From NCBI GenBank assembly GCA_951406725.2, contig OX597817.1, positions 75,888,001 through 75,952,000 of the forward strand: a stretch of DNA of 64,000 bases, in the 5' to 3' direction. Every line of letters starts with the position of its first letter. The first letter of the stretch is position 1. Of this stretch, positions 25,816 to 39,094 are shown piece after piece. The DNA is from Octopus vulgaris (taxonomy: Eukaryota). Under the pieces are notes generated by a model that worked only from the letters and a program-made list of their open reading frames with translations, had not been told where the DNA came from and made no database searches. A program made the translations under genes and the position numbers.

Positions 25816-27797
25816 GACCATTTATTTAGAGATGTACTGTATTGTACAAAAGCCGAAATTCTAAATACAAAAATTACAAAATAACAAAATAAATAAGCAC
25901 CAACATAATTTGAATGTATATTTCATTAATCAAAATAATTACGGCAAGAAAGTGTATGGTTCGAAGAGGGAAACAGATACTGCGAATAGAAAGTACTTCG
26001 TACAATGTGAAATAGTTGGAGCTTGATATATTATCTTTGCGGAGGATATTTTGGAGATATTTATTTCATATGCAAGAGCTAATTAGAAGAATTGATTTCA
26101 GAAGCTATTAAATATGACATTTTGAGTTAAGCAGATGAACTTTTCATGAATATTTATTGTCTTCCATTTCTCTCATATATTCTTTCGGAATTGAATTACG
26201 TATATTTTATATATAATGAAGCCAATGATTATATATTAGAAATTTAAAATGTTTCCTTTCATTACAATACATCGTCATTCCTTTTCTGTGCTTCCACAAT
26301 TCCCAAAGGCAGCACGATCATATTTGAAATCTCACTTATTCGAATCTATTCGATTAGGTTAACAGTTCTAACATATTTATTTGGCACATTTATTTATTAT
26401 GTCTATACAAAGATAAATCGATGGCTGCTCAGTCTCAAAATATATGAAGTTTGGTGGAATTCTTTTGTTAGTACGTTTATTAAGAATGGGTGCAGGTTTG
26501 GCCAAGAGATTCATTTCGAAATTATCAGGTCCTGAGTTTGACTTCACCGTGCGGTACCTAACGCAAATATCTTTCGGTATAACCGTAGAAATGAAACTAG
26601 GTAGATGTAAAATTTAAACCAACCAAGTCGATTGTAGCTGTAATTGAAAGACCAGTTTTGTACATGATATAAAATTAAGTTTACCATATTTAGCTTAGAG
26701 TACGGCTACCCGCGAAACACCAGATTTTGTATACGGTAATATAACATTCAGGTAGTCCAATTAAATAAATACCTGGTAACTCTAACGTCAAGAGAAATGT
26801 GAGATTCAACAAATCTGTTAAGAAATTAGGAATTACATATACATGATTCCAATTCTTACACCATTCTGAGTCCAGATAATCTTTAAATGTCGCGAGTATC
26901 TAAATATGTGTTTAGATATATTGATGAACTAAAGGTTTCGGAAACATGAAAAAAGAGTAAATGATATCAGTGAATAAATAATTCATTGCATCATTTATTT
27001 TTCGTTTGCTTTAATGAAAATTTTAGTTAGTGACTGCTTATTTTGAGAAGGTGCCGGAGGGCCAATTAAGAAGTAACCATTCATATCCTGTTGCTGGGGT
27101 TGCGAATATAAAAGACTTGGGGTTTTCACATATCGCAAAGTATCAATGAAAGCAGTGGCATTGTTGTAAGATCGATGGAAAGTATAATGGTTTGTAATAC
27201 AAAACACCGACCCATCCTTGGGCCATCCTTTTAAAATATTTACCTCATAAGAGTTGTTTCACCACGAAATTGGCGATAGGCCGTTGATTTCCAGAAAAGA
27301 GCATTTTAATAAGGAATTAATGATTAATGATTAACTGCTTGTACATGAATTTATTCAAATACTATAAAATATGCAGAATATATTAACACTTTCATGTTAA
27401 AATTCATGCAAAACTCCTGTTTTATTGCTTTAATTTACATGAAAAATTGCAATAAAAAAGCATTTCTTTTTAGTAATGAATATTTATTAATACGATTGAT
27501 AATTGCTTTCAGCCATTGCATACATTAATATTTTATACTCTTGTTAATATTAAAACAATATAAATTTTAACTTGTATATATCTTTCACGAAATGTATATT
27601 TTTGGATTAACGATTACGACATTAAAAAAATTAACATTTATCATTTCCTTCAAAAGTAAGGATAGAAAACTGATACATTGTGACACAAACACATACCGTA
27701 AAAATTGTCAAAAAGCCATTTCTATACATTAAAAAAAAATATATTATATTGTACCAAGGACTTTCTATTTCTTATTCTACTATGTTTGTATATATAC

Positions 27798-28375
27798 ACA
27801 GGATGCGATGGGTAAATTGTCGCGGTTTTATATTTTTAATTTCGCGCATGTCCATTGTTTGTTTTTGATTTTGTCGACTACATTGTATAGTATGGTCAGT
27901 TGAGCACCGTCTGTAAGGAAAACAGTACCATGGCGGAATTCACCCTGCCAGAAATTTGGACACGACATGCTGTACTGTCTGGTATGCGTGCTGGAAGCGG
28001 CAATACGAACATTTTAAAGTGTTTAGGTGTCAAACTGAGGAGTGATAAAAATCAAACATCCAGTCAACAGGAGAATCCAGTCATAGCCATCAGACAATTT
28101 CTGCAACCACATCAACCCTAAAATTTGGCCACCTAACTCCCCAGACAGCAACTCTATTTATGTGGAGGTGGGGGTGCGCAGTTGAGCGAGAGACGAACAA
28201 AACTCCTTGTAACACCAAAGATGATCTGAAGGCAAGCATTATGGCAGCATTCACCAACTTAAACAAGGGGACCGTCCATAAGAGCTGCAGGAGATTCTGA
28301 CGTTGTCTGAAGGCCGTAGTTGATGCCAATGGAGATTTTATTGAACAAATTTACTCTTTAGTATTTCAAGATATG
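27798..28375 (+). mobile_element. Internally deleted Tc1/mariner-superfamily element (maT/DD37D-like)
   Basis: CAGGATGCG terminus after a TA-rich flank; MAEFTLPEIW N-terminus; KIWPPNSPD and C-terminal remnants. Confidence 0.7.
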
Positions 28376-28382
28376 TAATTGT

Positions 28383-29131
28383 GATAAAATAGATGCATGG
28401 AAATCTACAATATAAAATTTTGTTAATCTGGCTTTATTCTTATTTTTAATTGCTTCAAACCAGTTAACAACTTCTACACTATTGGATCATTGTACTAAAT
28501 TAGTTGCCAGTCTAACCTTAGCATTAATTTAATTTTCTAGCTAATTATATGAATTTCTGATTTTGCAGGGTTAATTAGCCTGCATTTATGATTACATAGG
28601 AAGTTATTTTTATGGTCCTTAATAGTTATAAAAGCCTCTATTTTTGGAAGGATTCCTATTTTTTATTTCTAATTAAAACCTTGTGGCGATGACACTAGCT
28701 TCCTTATTAATGTCCTTACAAACTTGCGGTCTAGCTTTACTGTACTTATTAATAACATTGTGATGCAGAAGTTGTGACTATGTACTGTTGCCTACAAAGT
28801 ATAAGTTTTTGCTGTTCTAAATTTTTATGTTTTTAATGTCTTTTTTCAGTTCTGTTGAAAAGTGTTAAAGGACTTACGAAATTCGATTTTGTTTATAAGC
28901 TTCAGTAGCTCTGTTTCGAAGTCTTCTAAATCCTTGCTTTTGGGAAGGAATTTCTTTGATTTGATTTCACGGTATATGTTCTCTAATAAACTCATCATTG
29001 TTGTAATGGAAGGCCTTCCACCTCATACGTTTGATAAGATCAGTAATTTTTTCCAATAGTTTTTTAGGGTATAGTTCTCTGGATGGTATAGGAATGTTTT
29101 TCATCGAGTAATCGAAACAGTAAGGATCCAT
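28383..29131 (-). mobile_element. Penelope-like element (Naiad-type) ORF N-terminus through the first RT motif, degraded
   Basis: Manual translation: MDPYCFDYSMKNIPIPSRELY..LLEKITDLIKRMRWKAF; FETELLKLINKIEFR; FITIKDHKNNF..KCRLINPAKSEI; VVNWFEAIKNK..KFYIVDFHASI. Confidence 0.85.
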
Positions 29132-29149
29132 ATTAGATCCTTCTGTGGG

Positions 29150-29245
29150 AGATTAATAGTACCTATTAATTAATAGTATCTATAAACCGATTAATAGTAT
29201 TTATAAGCCGATTAATAGTATCTATAAACCGATTAATAGTATCCA
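29150..29245. repeat. Minisatellite, ~20-bp unit GATTAATAGTATCTATAAACC, 4-5 copies
   Basis: Direct reading. Confidence 0.85.
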
Positions 29246-29859
29246 TTCAATACAAGCTGTATTAGCCTCTCAGAGAAAATGTTTCTGGTAGAATCGTTAC
29301 AACGTGTTATCAAATAACTTACGATATTTGCTATTTATACTCTAAGTTCAAATCGCGATGAGATCAACATTGCTTTTAAACAATTCGCAGTCAATAAAAT
29401 AAATTACCAGTCTAAACGCTGAGATCGATAATATTGACTAACCTTATCTCAGAATTGTTAACTTCATGCCTACATTAGAAATCATAACATAATTGCTCTA
29501 TCCTTTCCCCATAATAGTGTGAAGTATGGCCACAATATTTTCTAGGAATCTAGGAATAAAGTTAGAGCAGCAAGCTCATGAATTGCAAAGCCAATGCTGA
29601 AGGAAATTATTTAGTTAAGTAAGACATGTTTTTATGAAAAAGTGTGAATAATCATCCGTCCCTGTGAAAAAAATAACAGCGCAGCTTCGATAGAAAACAT
29701 CTAGCGACACAGCTGTATAAATGTATGCATATTTGAAGTCATATACATATATCTTCCCCCTGTCGCTACTCATTTGATATCGATGTCCCATAGTGACATG
29801 GAATGGACAGTTTAACCTGATCCGATAGTTACACGGATTTAAATCGTACTTAAGTTTCT

Positions 29860-29985
29860 GCTTTCGCATGGTTTCTAAGGCTGGATGCTTTTCCTAACGT
29901 CAACCACTTTCCAACATGTACCGGTGGCTTTCTTTCGTACCACCAGAACCACTGACATTGCCATGCAGCTTAGAAGACTACGAAC
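29860..29985 (-). mobile_element. Probable RTE-type LINE/SINE 3' end remnant
   Basis: GGCTGGATGC-TTCCTAACG-CAACCAC motif, which I recognise as typical of RTE-family 3' ends. Confidence 0.45.
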
Positions 29986-30321
29986 ACCAAAAAAGAATAT
30001 TCTCGCTGTAGAGGAGCTACAGGTTATAGAAGAGAGAGAGAGAGGGAATGATCAGTTAGAGCTAAGCATATCTGTCTGTCTATCTGTCTGCATGTATGTA
30101 TGTTGTATCTGTATATATATATATATGTTGGTTATAGCCGGTGAAAGAGTCACCATTGCATTTGCACGTGTAATGTTATATATAGGTGACTCATATATGT
30201 TCCTAAACCCAAATAATGATAAACCTAAACCTTTTTGAGTGTGTGTTCTCGGTCTTATGAACCACTTACATATTGCATAATATATATATATATGTGTGTG
30301 TATGTGTGCGGGTGTGTGTAT

Positions 30322-30472
30322 AGGCGCAGGAGTGGCTGCGTGGTAAGAAACCTGCTTCCCAAACACACAGTTCCGGGTTCAGTTCCACTTGCGCAAGTCT
30401 CTTCTACTATAGCCTGGAGCCAACGAAAGCCTTGTGGGTGGATTTGATAGACAGAAACTTAAAGAAGACGGT

Positions 30473-30507
<35 letters not shown>

Positions 30508-30716
30508 TATATTTATTTGTGTGTCTGTGTTCGTTCCCCCACTCCCTCTTGACAACCAATGCTGGTGTGTTTACGTCTCTGTAACTTAGCGGTTTGGGCA
30601 AAAGAGTAGGATATACTAAGTACTAGGCTTACAAAGAATAAGTCCTGGGGTCGACTAAAGGCGGTGCTCCAGCATGGCCGCAGTCAAATGACTGAAACAA
30701 GTAAAAGAATAAAAGA

Positions 30717-30717
<1 letters not shown>
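30322..30717 (+). mobile_element. SINE family B, full length
   Basis: Head, internal (TA)n, tail GTAAAAGAATAAAAGAG. Confidence 0.92.
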
Positions 30718-30776
<59 letters not shown>

Positions 30777-31318
30777 TACTAATATAGGATGAAGTTTTTT
30801 TACAGACGAAAATTTTATCAAAAAAGTGGCAGCATATTAAAATACTTTTAAAGGTTATAAACAACTTATAAACAAGGGCAAAAGAAATTTTTTTCTATCC
30901 CAATATGCTGATAACAGACTTTTAAATCGTCAATTTCCACATATTATACCTACTTCAATATAGAAATAACGAACTTTTTTTAAAATTCTGTTGGCTAGCT
31001 TTCCTCGATGTGGAAATTGACGATTTAAAAGTATATATATACAAATATACATACAGGCATACACACATGCACACACACCTATACATGCACACATGTGAGA
31101 ACATAAGTGTAAATCCAGGTGGTAAAGTGATACTCGAATACCGAATGTAGAGTGATATACTGTTTTGTTGAAGCTGAAAATACTTCACAACCTGTTACTC
31201 GGAGTTTCACGTAACCGATAATCAGGCAGTTGGATTGATCACGTGAATCTCTGAATAACAGGGTGTGGAATATGTTTAGTTACACCAAAGCACTGCATAC
31301 ATAATACATACATACATA

Positions 31319-31554
31319 CAGTAGCCCCTCGACTATCGGGCTGTTATGTTCCGAAATACAGCGCGATAGGTGCAAATATGCGAAGTAGAAACACCACTGT
31401 ACTGTATATATATATTTTATTATCTTTATAATTTGTATTTATTTATTTTATTATAAATGCGAACAACACCATAGAGGAATCGACGTAGGCTTTAATAATA
31501 ATCCGCGATAGGTGAACAGCGGTCGATGTACCGCGATATGGCGAGGGATTACCG
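31319..31554. mobile_element. Tigger/pogo-type MITE
   Basis: TIRs CAGTAGCCCCTCGACTATCG / CGGTAATCCCTCGCCATATCG, TA on the left, repeated CGCGATAGGTG subterminal motifs. Confidence 0.75.
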
Positions 31555-32051
31555 TGCATGCATACATAATTATGTACACACACACATACAAAAACACACT
31601 TAAGTACTCACTATATGTATATGTGTGTGTGTGTGTTCGTGTGTGTGAGTGTGTGTGTGCGTGGGTGTATATATATATATATATATAAGCATATATAACA
31701 CGTGTTGCTCTTAACGCAGGTGTTTTATTCACGATACAATATATATGAATATTCATTAAAGCATAAATTTGTCTGATTCGAATCACCCATGCAGAAAAAC
31801 ACTGGAGCACTAGAATCAGCAGATTATTTAGATATCTAAATATTCTAAATGTCAAATTCTGCGGAGATTTGCGTTCTAATCATATTCTCCAAAGACGCTG
31901 ATAAAATAATTACCAGTCAATATTTAATTGTTAAAATGAGTGGTCTTCTGTGTTACAGATATCTAATTTTTTTTTTGATGTATTTTATGATGTCATTTTA
32001 ATTTCTCTCTTGAGTTGGCGTTGTCGTCAGGTTAATGGATGGCTGTGTAAA

Positions 32052-32581
32052 ATATTCCATTCTACTATAACTACAAGGCCTGAAATTTTGTGGAGGGGCA
32101 TATTCGATTACGTCAATTGGTACTTAATTTATCGACCCCGAAAGGATGAAAGGCAAAGTCGATTCGGCGGAATTTAAACTCAGGACGCAGCGGCAGACGA
32201 AATACCTATTTCTTTACTACACACAGATGACAAACAAGGACAGGCAAACGGATTAAGTCGGTTATATCGACCCCAGTGCGTAACTGGTACTTATTTAATC
32301 GACCCGGAAAGGATGAAATGCGAAGTCGACCTCGGCAGACGAAATACCTATTTCTTTACTACTCACAAGGGACTAAACATAGAGAGGACAAATAAGGACA
32401 GACAACCGGATTAAGTCGATTATATCGACCCTAGTGCGTAACTGGTACTTAATTTATCGACCCCGAAAGGATGAAAGGCAAAGTCGACCTCGGCGGAATT
32501 TGAACTCAGAACGTAACGGCAGACGAAATACGGCTACACATTTCGCCCGGCGTGCTAACGTTTCTGCCAGCTCGCCGCCTT
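32052..32581 (-). mobile_element. SINE family A trimer (tail A, tail A, tail B)
   Basis: Junctions at 32206/7 and 32348/9; TSD ATGGCTGTGTAAA at 32039-32051 and 32582-32594. Confidence 0.9.
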
Positions 32582-33176
32582 ATGGCTGTGTAAATATATT
32601 AGATGCGTACTGTGTGAAAACACTGTCGTGTGGTGTGTGTAAGTATTTGGACTAATGGCTAGTAGTGCTTGGTACACAATATTAAGGTCGTTAGTTTGAT
32701 TCTCGAACCGGACAGTATGTTGTGTCCTTCCGCATGACACTTCATTTCACGTTGCTCTTATTATTCGGCTACAAACGAGTACCCGTAGAGTAGTGATCAA
32801 AACATTTTCCCTTCACGCTTATGTTTTTTCTATGACCAAGTGGGTCACGAATGGAACAGCCGAGAGCGTGTTTATATCTGAATGTAACTACAGTTCTCTA
32901 AAGTAATTACCGAAAGCATGCTATATGTCAGCGGGTCACACTTACCCGCGAGTGACAGGTATGGTATGTGATCGAGTAAATAAATGGTGGCCTTTACTTT
33001 AGCTTCTCAATTCTTCCATTCGAATGATACGAAGGATATTGCTTTCAGCATCTGAGCTGATTAAAATAAGTTCCAGTAATATAATGGTTTGGATATGGTC
33101 GACTGTATATGCTTCCTTAAAGTTGTTATATATATATGTATATATATATATATATATATATGCACACACACACACA

Positions 33177-33995
33177 CGAGGTCTGATTAATAAGTATCCA
33201 GAATGTTGCCATAGTAACGAAACGAAAGCACGCAAAGTAAAGCCGCTTCGCAAAAATTGACCTTGAACTTTGCTGCGCATGTGCACTAAGTTTTAACATC
33301 TTAGCTCACTTCAGTTATTAACAGCAATGCTTGGACGGAACGTGTTTAACGTGATCGTCTCATTGACCATGACCGTAAAAAGTTGTCATTGCGATACTTT
33401 CTCAGAGACCTACGCAAAGTTGTAGAAAGTGTATGAGACGCACACAAGTGTACGAGTGGTTCAATCGTTTCCAAAAAGGCCTAAAAATGTCGATATTGAC
33501 AAATGTTTTCGGAGACCTGCAACCAACAGAACTGATAAAAATCATCATAGATGTGCGTACAGCTGTTGGGGGAAATCGTCGAATCACCATCCATGAGTTA
33601 TCAGGGGATGTGCAGATTAGTTACGGTTCAGTCCAGTCGTCCATTATCACTGACGATTTGGATATGAGACGCGTTCCTTTCAAGTTTGTACTCAAACTGC
33701 TTTCAGCTAACCAAAAGGACACTCGGGTTTCAGTTGCATAAGATCTTTATTGTGTCGGGAGCGAAGGGAACTTTTTGAAAACTTTGCGTAGGACTCTGAA
33801 CAGGTATAGCCAAGCTTTTGGCAAAATTTGATGCAGATTCTCTGCTCAACTTTCTCTGTTATGGTTAATGCAACAATTACATGCTACACACCTTCCTTCC
33901 AAGCACTGCTGTAAACAGCAGAAGTGAGCTAGAATGTTAAAACTTAGTGCGCATGCGCAGCTCCATTACTGTAAATACTTATTTATCAGACCACG
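33177..33995 (+). mobile_element. Non-autonomous mariner derivative with long subterminal inverted repeats
   Basis: TIR CGAGGTCTGAT.AATAAGTAT; HTH remnant RTQVYEWFNRF...NRRITIHEL; ~65-bp inverted blocks at 33272-33335 and 33897-33962. Confidence 0.85.
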
Positions 33996-34242
33996 TATAT
34001 GTATAATAATGAAAAGCAACGAAGAATGGAATTTGCAATATTCCTTTTAATACATTGTTTACAATTGCTTCCTCAATATACACAGTGTTAGGCAAAGCTG
34101 AATCTTGAAAGCTACAGAGACAATCCATCTAATGGGCCCCTACACAGCTTTCATCTACCCAAATGTCACAGAAAGTGACATTTGTTTAAGTTTCCATGCT
34201 GTAGAATCAAATCCGTGAATGCTGGGGTTGTCAGGCGCAAGA

Positions 34243-34480
<238 letters not shown>

Positions 34481-34706
34481 TAAAAAGAGGAAGTTGGAAA
34501 ATAGTTTTGTATTATTTATTCACCATTACATATGTTTCTTTCACTAATAGGACTTACAAAGTTTTGCATGTTAGATAAACTTGTAAGAAATTTCCTATTA
34601 GAAATTTTTCAGACAGAGAAACAAATAACACCGTTTGTTTCATCGACGAATTTCAATTAGGGAATTTATTACTTGTTTATCTAATATGCAAAACTGTGTA
34701 ATACCT

Positions 34707-34870
34707 TGTTGTGTGGACACCCTCAGACGATGAAGTAGGCTAGCCTAATACGTAGATAACGAGGGAGAAGCCTATACGTCAAGAGTACAGTTGAGTAGCG
34801 GTGAGAGCAGACTAGAACAGGGTAAAGAGTCGAGTTGAGTAGTAGAGGCATTAGAACGTGCAACATAACA
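34707..34870. mobile_element. Solo LTR, 164 bp
   Basis: TGTTGTGT...ACATAACA termini (TG..CA, short IR) with perfect 5-bp TSD TACCT at 34702-34706 and 34871-34875. Confidence 0.8.
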
Positions 34871-35100
34871 TACCTATTAGCAAATGAAACATGCGTAATG
34901 AGTACTGAAAATATTTACCAACTTCCTATTTAGCTATACAACAACTCAGCAAACGATGTGTCCAGAATTTTCAACTCTAATATGTACTTTACACAATGCA
35001 ACAATGGCAGCATCTGCATAATGGATAGTAATAGTGGGATGAGCATATGTGTCTCAAGAGGACGCGACTTGGATTTTATCCTACCTACATAATATCTATC

Positions 35101-35167
<67 letters not shown>

Positions 35168-35208
35168 TTATCTATCTGTCGGGCTGTCTGTCTACACACA
35201 AAATGATA

Positions 35209-35270
<62 letters not shown>

Positions 35271-35394
35271 CATATAAGTATATATATATATACATATAAA
35301 TATATATTTATATATATATATATATACACATATAAATATATATATATAAGTATATAGGTATAGGAATGGATACGTGAGCACATATGAATAATTG

Positions 35395-35427
<33 letters not shown>

Positions 35428-36139
35428 GCATGCCCATGTGCATGTTTATGTGTAATTCGTGGTGATCTGTTGGCTAGAATTGTTGCATTATTGTTACCTT
35501 TATTTGCCTAAATTACATCCTAATTTAATTTTGCCACATACCACCTTAAAGTTACGATATCGACATGCATAATAGAAAAAAAGATGAAAATATTTATCTC
35601 CTATGTTTCAGTTTATAGCAAATTCATGGACGAAATTTCTCATTCATCATTCAAACCCTGTTATATTAAACGTCAACCCAACATTTGTAAAATGCCTATA
35701 AAACATAATTTGCAAGATTGTGAAGGTGAGAAAGTTTGATAATGTAACACCTATAAACGAAAGTTCGCAATGGTTAAATTTGAATTACCAATGCATTCTT
35801 GTCATGTTTAGATGCAGATATAACGTTTGAACATTTCCGCTTCCGGTGCTTCAGATATAACAGATATAATTACAAATAAGCTAGGTAGACGAAATAAGGT
35901 TCTGGAAGATTAAGTATGCTTCTAACGTAGAACGTAGATGGCTTCCCAAATTATGTTTCCGGTAATATAAAATGTTCTGTGTCTAACCAGGAAATATTCA
36001 CCAAGTATATTCAGATACAATACGTGAAAATAGGGATGCATACGAACAAACGTATATACGTAAATATATTCGTGTACACATACCCACGTAAATATGCACA
36101 CAAACACACACGACACACACATAAATATATACTCATATA

Positions 36140-36202
<63 letters not shown>

Positions 36203-36614
36203 GAAATATGTTACAAAAAGAAAATATAAAATACACGTGGAAATGTAAGGGTAAAATATGAAAAATCAACGAAAGTGCACATTGCAAATAAAAAAAGGCT
36301 TTTTATGAGAGGTAACGACAAGTATATACATTTAGATGGACTGAGGTAGTAATAAGAGTCATAAAAGTCATTATTATGAGAAGATTATAAGATGATAATA
36401 AAGTAAGAAAACAGAGCGAACCACGGTTTCGGCAAAATTCTATTCATCGCATAAATTATATATATTTTCGGCAAGCATATATAAGTATATATGTATGTAA
36501 CTATCTGTCTCTATATAGAGATGCATATATACGTATATATAGATATGGTGCATGATATATATATATATAGAGAGATTTGTATATGTATATATACATATAA
36601 ATATATCCTCTTAT

Positions 36615-36743
36615 ACCAACATCATGGTTTCGGGTTCAGCCCCACTGCGTGGTAACTTGAGCAAGCGTCTTCTACTATAGCTTCGGGCCGACCAAAGCCT
36701 TGTGAGTGGATTTGATAGACGGAAACTGAAAGAAGCCCGTCGT
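36615..36743 (+). mobile_element. SINE family B partial
   Basis: GGGTTCAG-CCCACTGCGTGG...GAAAGAAGCCCGTCG. Confidence 0.85.
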
Positions 36744-36779
36744 TGTATATATATATATATATACATATATTTTCATTTC

Positions 36780-36975
36780 TTCGCCCTTTTCAACCTAGCC
36801 AGGCTCATGGGCCCGTTTTCCCGGTTTCTGTGGTGAATGTGTTCCCCACAGCTGGATGGGATGCCAGTCCATCGCAGCGTTACCCAAGAAACAGGAAGAG
36901 CGAGTGAGAGAAAGTTGTGGCGAAAGAGTACAACAGGGATTGCCACCACTCCCTGCCGGAGCGTCGTGGAACATT
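36780..36975 (-). mobile_element. SINE family C, 3' part
   Basis: Reverse complement of about 20250-20450. Confidence 0.85.
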
Positions 36976-36985
36976 TAGCTTTTAG

Positions 36986-37410
36986 GAGTAGAGAAGGAAG
37001 TTTTGTCTAGTGAATGTTTCAAAAAAAGATGGGTGAATGTAGCAAGGATAGTACGTGTGAATGACGGAGCCACCTTGAGCTTAATCCTATGATCCAGAAA
37101 AATAAAGAAAAAAATGAGAGTCACTGTAATGTGTTTTTTGCATGACATTATTGCCCGAGGTTACCGTGGTCATTTCCATAGGCTTTTCTTTCCACGGATA
37201 AACCTAATCTGTTTCTCCTTTTACATTATGACATTTCTGTGATACACAATCCCTATTGATCGGCTTCTTTTATTTTTCCACGATCCCTTTTCATTGAATT
37301 TCTATTCCCCCATGTTTTTCTCTTCCCCAAAAGAAAATCTCTTATTTGTATTTTGTGTTAAGCCCTCTGTGTTCAGCTCTGAGTGGCCAATAAAGAAACA
37401 TATCTATCTA
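36986..37410 (+). mobile_element. LINE 3' end (Tx1/L1-like), second copy of 56797-57358
   Basis: Colinear homology to the 56.8-57.4 kb copy; ends AATAAAGAAACA-TATCTATC. Confidence 0.75.
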
Positions 37411-37413
37411 CAT

Positions 37414-37479
<66 letters not shown>

Positions 37480-37486
37480 GTGAATC

Positions 37487-37580
37487 TATTTTCTTCCTGA
37501 AGAGAAAGACACAATATGGTCCCATTATTCAATCGGATTTTGGTAAATTGTGCCTTTCGAAACACGTGTAGAATGAAATA
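37487..37580 (+). ncRNA. Type I hammerhead ribozyme with intact core (Penelope pLTR type)
   Basis: TATTTTCTTC-CTGAAGA-GAAAGACACAAT...ATTGTGCCTTTC-GAAAC-ACGT-GTA-GAATGAAATA; 9/10-bp stem I, 11/12-bp stem II, palindromic ACACGTGT stem III. Confidence 0.85.
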
Positions 37581-37789
37581 AAACGATTTCTGTTCAATCT
37601 GCGTTCAGCTCCATTTCTTCAATTCACCAATAATATTTTAATTTCAATTATCCGCACCAACGAACGGTTGCAACACCATATGGTTGTACCTCCAACCGTG
37701 CTGTTTACTGCTGTGATTTTTGCTACTAAGGTATCGGTTAAACTTTTGATTAATCTACTACAAGATTATTCATCTTTCTATTTCACATA

Positions 37790-37880
<91 letters not shown>

Positions 37881-37903
37881 CACACACACGAACACAAACT
37901 CAT

Positions 37904-37934
<31 letters not shown>

Positions 37935-37967
37935 CACGATTCTTTCAGCTTGCAGCCTAATCAACAC

Positions 37968-38091
37968 AGGCGCACGAGTGGCTTTGTGGTAAGTAGCTTG
38001 CTTACCAGCCACTTCTACTATAGTCGCGGGCCGCCCAAAACCTTGTGAATAGATTTGATAGACGGAAACTGAAAGAAGCCTGTCGTATATA

Positions 38092-38124
<33 letters not shown>

Positions 38125-38348
38125 GTATTTGTGTGTGTTTGTGTGTCTGTGTTTGTCCTCACCACCATCGCTTGACAACCGACATTGGTGTGTTTACAAC
38201 CCCGTAACGGTTCGGCAAATCAGACCGTTAGTTAAAGTACTATGCTTACAAAGAATAAGTCCTGGGGTGTTTGTTCGACTAAAGGCAGTGCTCCATCATG
38301 TTCGCAGTCAATTGACTGAAACAAAAACAAATAAAGGAATAAAAGAAA
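37968..38348 (+). mobile_element. SINE family B with an internal deletion in the head
   Basis: Head, internal (TA)/(TG) tract and 3' half all recognisable. Confidence 0.88.
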
Positions 38349-38350
38349 GT

Positions 38351-38594
38351 ATATATATAAAAATTAGAAAAAAATAAGCTTTTATCAATTCAATGATGAA
38401 AAATAAAAAATTAAATTATACCATTTCGAAAGATTACATATTATAGAAAGATTAAATAAAACAAAAAACATATAACAATGATTAAGTAATGTGCAATGTT
38501 TCTATAATATGTAATCTTTCTAAATCGTATAATTTTATTTTGAATTTTTCATTATTGAATTGATAAAAGGTGTTTTTTTCTAATTTATATATAT
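38351..38594. repeat. Fold-back inverted repeat, ~100-bp arms
   Basis: 38351-38453 is the reverse complement of 38496-38594 with scattered mismatches. Confidence 0.88.
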
Positions 38595-38679
38595 GTATTT
38601 ATGTATTATATTTTGTGAAATTTAATTTAGTATTTCTAAATTGAATTTTTCCCTGTAAGTTTGGAATAATATTCCCTCA

Positions 38680-38778
<99 letters not shown>

Positions 38779-38975
38779 GATAACGATAATAACTTGCGGA
38801 TGTAAATTGAAAAGATTTACCAATGCATTACAACATATTTCTGCATCCCACATGTTCGTGTGATGGGAATTTTTGATATTCATAAGACATTATCTAAGCT
38901 TATTCTTATTTCCATTACAATTTGTATGCTTCTTCGGGCGCTACATTTATGTATCAATTCAGTCGCCATTACATG

Positions 38976-39094
<119 letters not shown>

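Noticed and set aside
28485-28495. In-frame TGA in the Naiad-type ORF as possible selenocysteine
   Set aside because: It falls at the expected conserved Trp (xQW), and the ORF has other stops and frameshifts; simple decay.
29150-29245. Short regularly spaced repeats (CRISPR-like)
   Set aside because: No unique spacers, no cas genes, eukaryotic context; a plain minisatellite.
35815-35860. Minus-strand hammerhead-like arrangement; similar weak ones near 25217, 26920, 36420 and 44153
   Set aside because: Two or more core positions wrong or stems absent; expected by chance in AT-rich DNA.
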